A stretch of DNA of 63,990 nt, the filler included, from Reclinomonas americana ATCC 50394 (taxonomy: Eukaryota), in assembly GCA_048213135.1 (NCBI GenBank). It is 16 parts of 16 records of this genome, joined end to end, with 100 filler letters (N's around TTAATTAATTAA, not from the genome) between each part and the next. Parts side by side here need not be neighbours in the genome. Positions count along the whole stretch, not along the records: positions 62,897 to 63,990 come from AFZH01021797.1; 15 more parts are not named here. The stretch is one strand, 5' to 3'. Below the pieces are notes generated by a model that worked only from the letters and a program-made list of their open reading frames with translations, did no database searches and was not told the DNA's origin. The position numbers and the translations under genes were made by a program. This document shows, piece after piece, positions 62,897 to 63,990 of the stretch (positions are counted from its first letter, which is position 1; the number at the start of each line of letters is the position of its first letter).

Positions 62897-63158
62897 CGAG
62901 ATACCGTCGAAGGGTATCGGCGGCGCGCGCCACTGACGGCGATCGGCGATATCCGACGGCGACGCCCGCACCGAACGCCAGCACTGTCCAGCCGGCCAAA
63001 TGCACCGCGGTGATGGTGGCGGGGCTGTAGGTGACCAGAACGGGCGGCGGATCCCGCACGGGTGTAGCCGCGGTGGGCTGATGTGGATCCGGTTGCTGCA
63101 TCATCGGGAGAACGGCGTTGACCTTTTCGGCGGTGGTGGTGGTCGTTGGTGCACTCAT
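62897..63158 (-). CDS. Small single-pass membrane protein (3' in gap)
   Basis: MSAPTTTTTAEKV...AVHLAGWTVLAFGAGVAVGYRR hydrophobic segment; divergent from the next gene. Confidence 0.4.
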
Positions 63159-63330
63159 ACTGGCGTGTGGTGAGGGGGCGCTCGCAGTCGTGTGCGAAGA
63201 ATTACTCTTCGTCTGTCGATCAGGCGATTCCCCCGTCGCTCGTCTTGTCACGCCGTAGTTCGTTTGACGAGCGTCTAAATCCAAAATCAACCAGACAACT
63301 GCTTGACCGATTTCAGATTTATTTTTCCAG

Positions 63331-63990
63331 ATGGAAGAGCAGGAGAACACACGAGATGGGGGTGAAAACAACAACGACCACAGACACGCAGCTCCGCCTG
63401 CTGCTGCTGCTGCTGCTGTCGCGCATCGCCAGCTGCAACACCGCAACATCTCGTTCGGGTTCGCGTTGCTGGCCGTCACACTCGTGGTCCTCCTCCTCCT
63501 CATGAGGCGAGTCGGTTGTGAGTGCTGGTGTCACCGATCACCCCTTCGCACTCACGCGCATCATCAGCGATGATCAGCATGCACAAGAGCGAGATTTGCT
63601 GGCCACCAACTCGTGGTCCGTCACAGACAAAGACGCGAGTCAGCCGATTGGCGACAACTCCACCACATTCACCGTGGCCGTGCACTCACCATCTCGAATC
63701 GCTGTCACCGGTGGCGCCGACGGCAGTGTGCGTGTGTGGTCCCTCGACACACTGAAGGAGGTGAGGCAAGCGCGGCAACAACGAGCGCCACTGGCAGCGA
63801 CGCTGGTGACGCACGACGGCCACTATGTCGTCACCCACGTGAACGACGACGACTCGGGCGTCATTCGCGTTCACCAGCTGCAGACCGACGGTCAGGTGTG
63901 TCACATGCGACGTCAGCGCCGACTGCTAGCTGTCCACCCCAGCGAGGCGCTCGTGGTGAGTTCGACAGTCGACCGCGACGGCGGCGACGC
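63331..63990 (+). CDS. Membrane-anchored WD40-like protein (runs off the window)
   Basis: TM ISFGFALLAVTLVVLLLLM, predicted intron 63507-63567, then an open frame ...AVTGGADGSVRVWSLDTLKEVR...VTHDGHYVV...GVIRVHQL to the end of the window. Confidence 0.7.

Overview
Intron-rich, GC-rich eukaryotic (probably protist) genomic scaffold. It is made of 16 contigs joined by artificial 100-nt N/TTAATTAATTAA/N linkers; several genes run collinearly across linkers, so the contig order looks largely real. 1-7 kb: a ferric-reductase/NOX-like flavocytochrome, a basic low-complexity protein, V-ATPase V0 subunit d and a heme peroxidase. 7-23 kb is an accessory block: an orphan gene of ~4 tandem multi-exon modules, an intron-containing tRNA-Tyr, a broken tRNA-Tyr with a 46-bp inverted copy, dispersed repeats, frameshifted orphan ORFs and a decayed RLE-type non-LTR retrotransposon. 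23-30.5 kb: a secreted M36 (fungalysin) metallopeptidase with a PA domain that closely resembles myxobacterial M36 proteins but has many introns and an EGF-like tail. 31-36.5 kb: an ankyrin protein built from five modules, each in its own exon. 37-63 kb is the most striking feature: a ~3.1-kb-period tandem array of at least 8 genes for single 7-blade WD40 propellers. They have near-identical frameworks, variable residues at the same positions in every blade, blade shuffling, patchwork conversion and a conserved C-terminal helical tail, which makes the locus a candidate diversified recognition or ubiquitin-adaptor system. All exon models are manual predictions.
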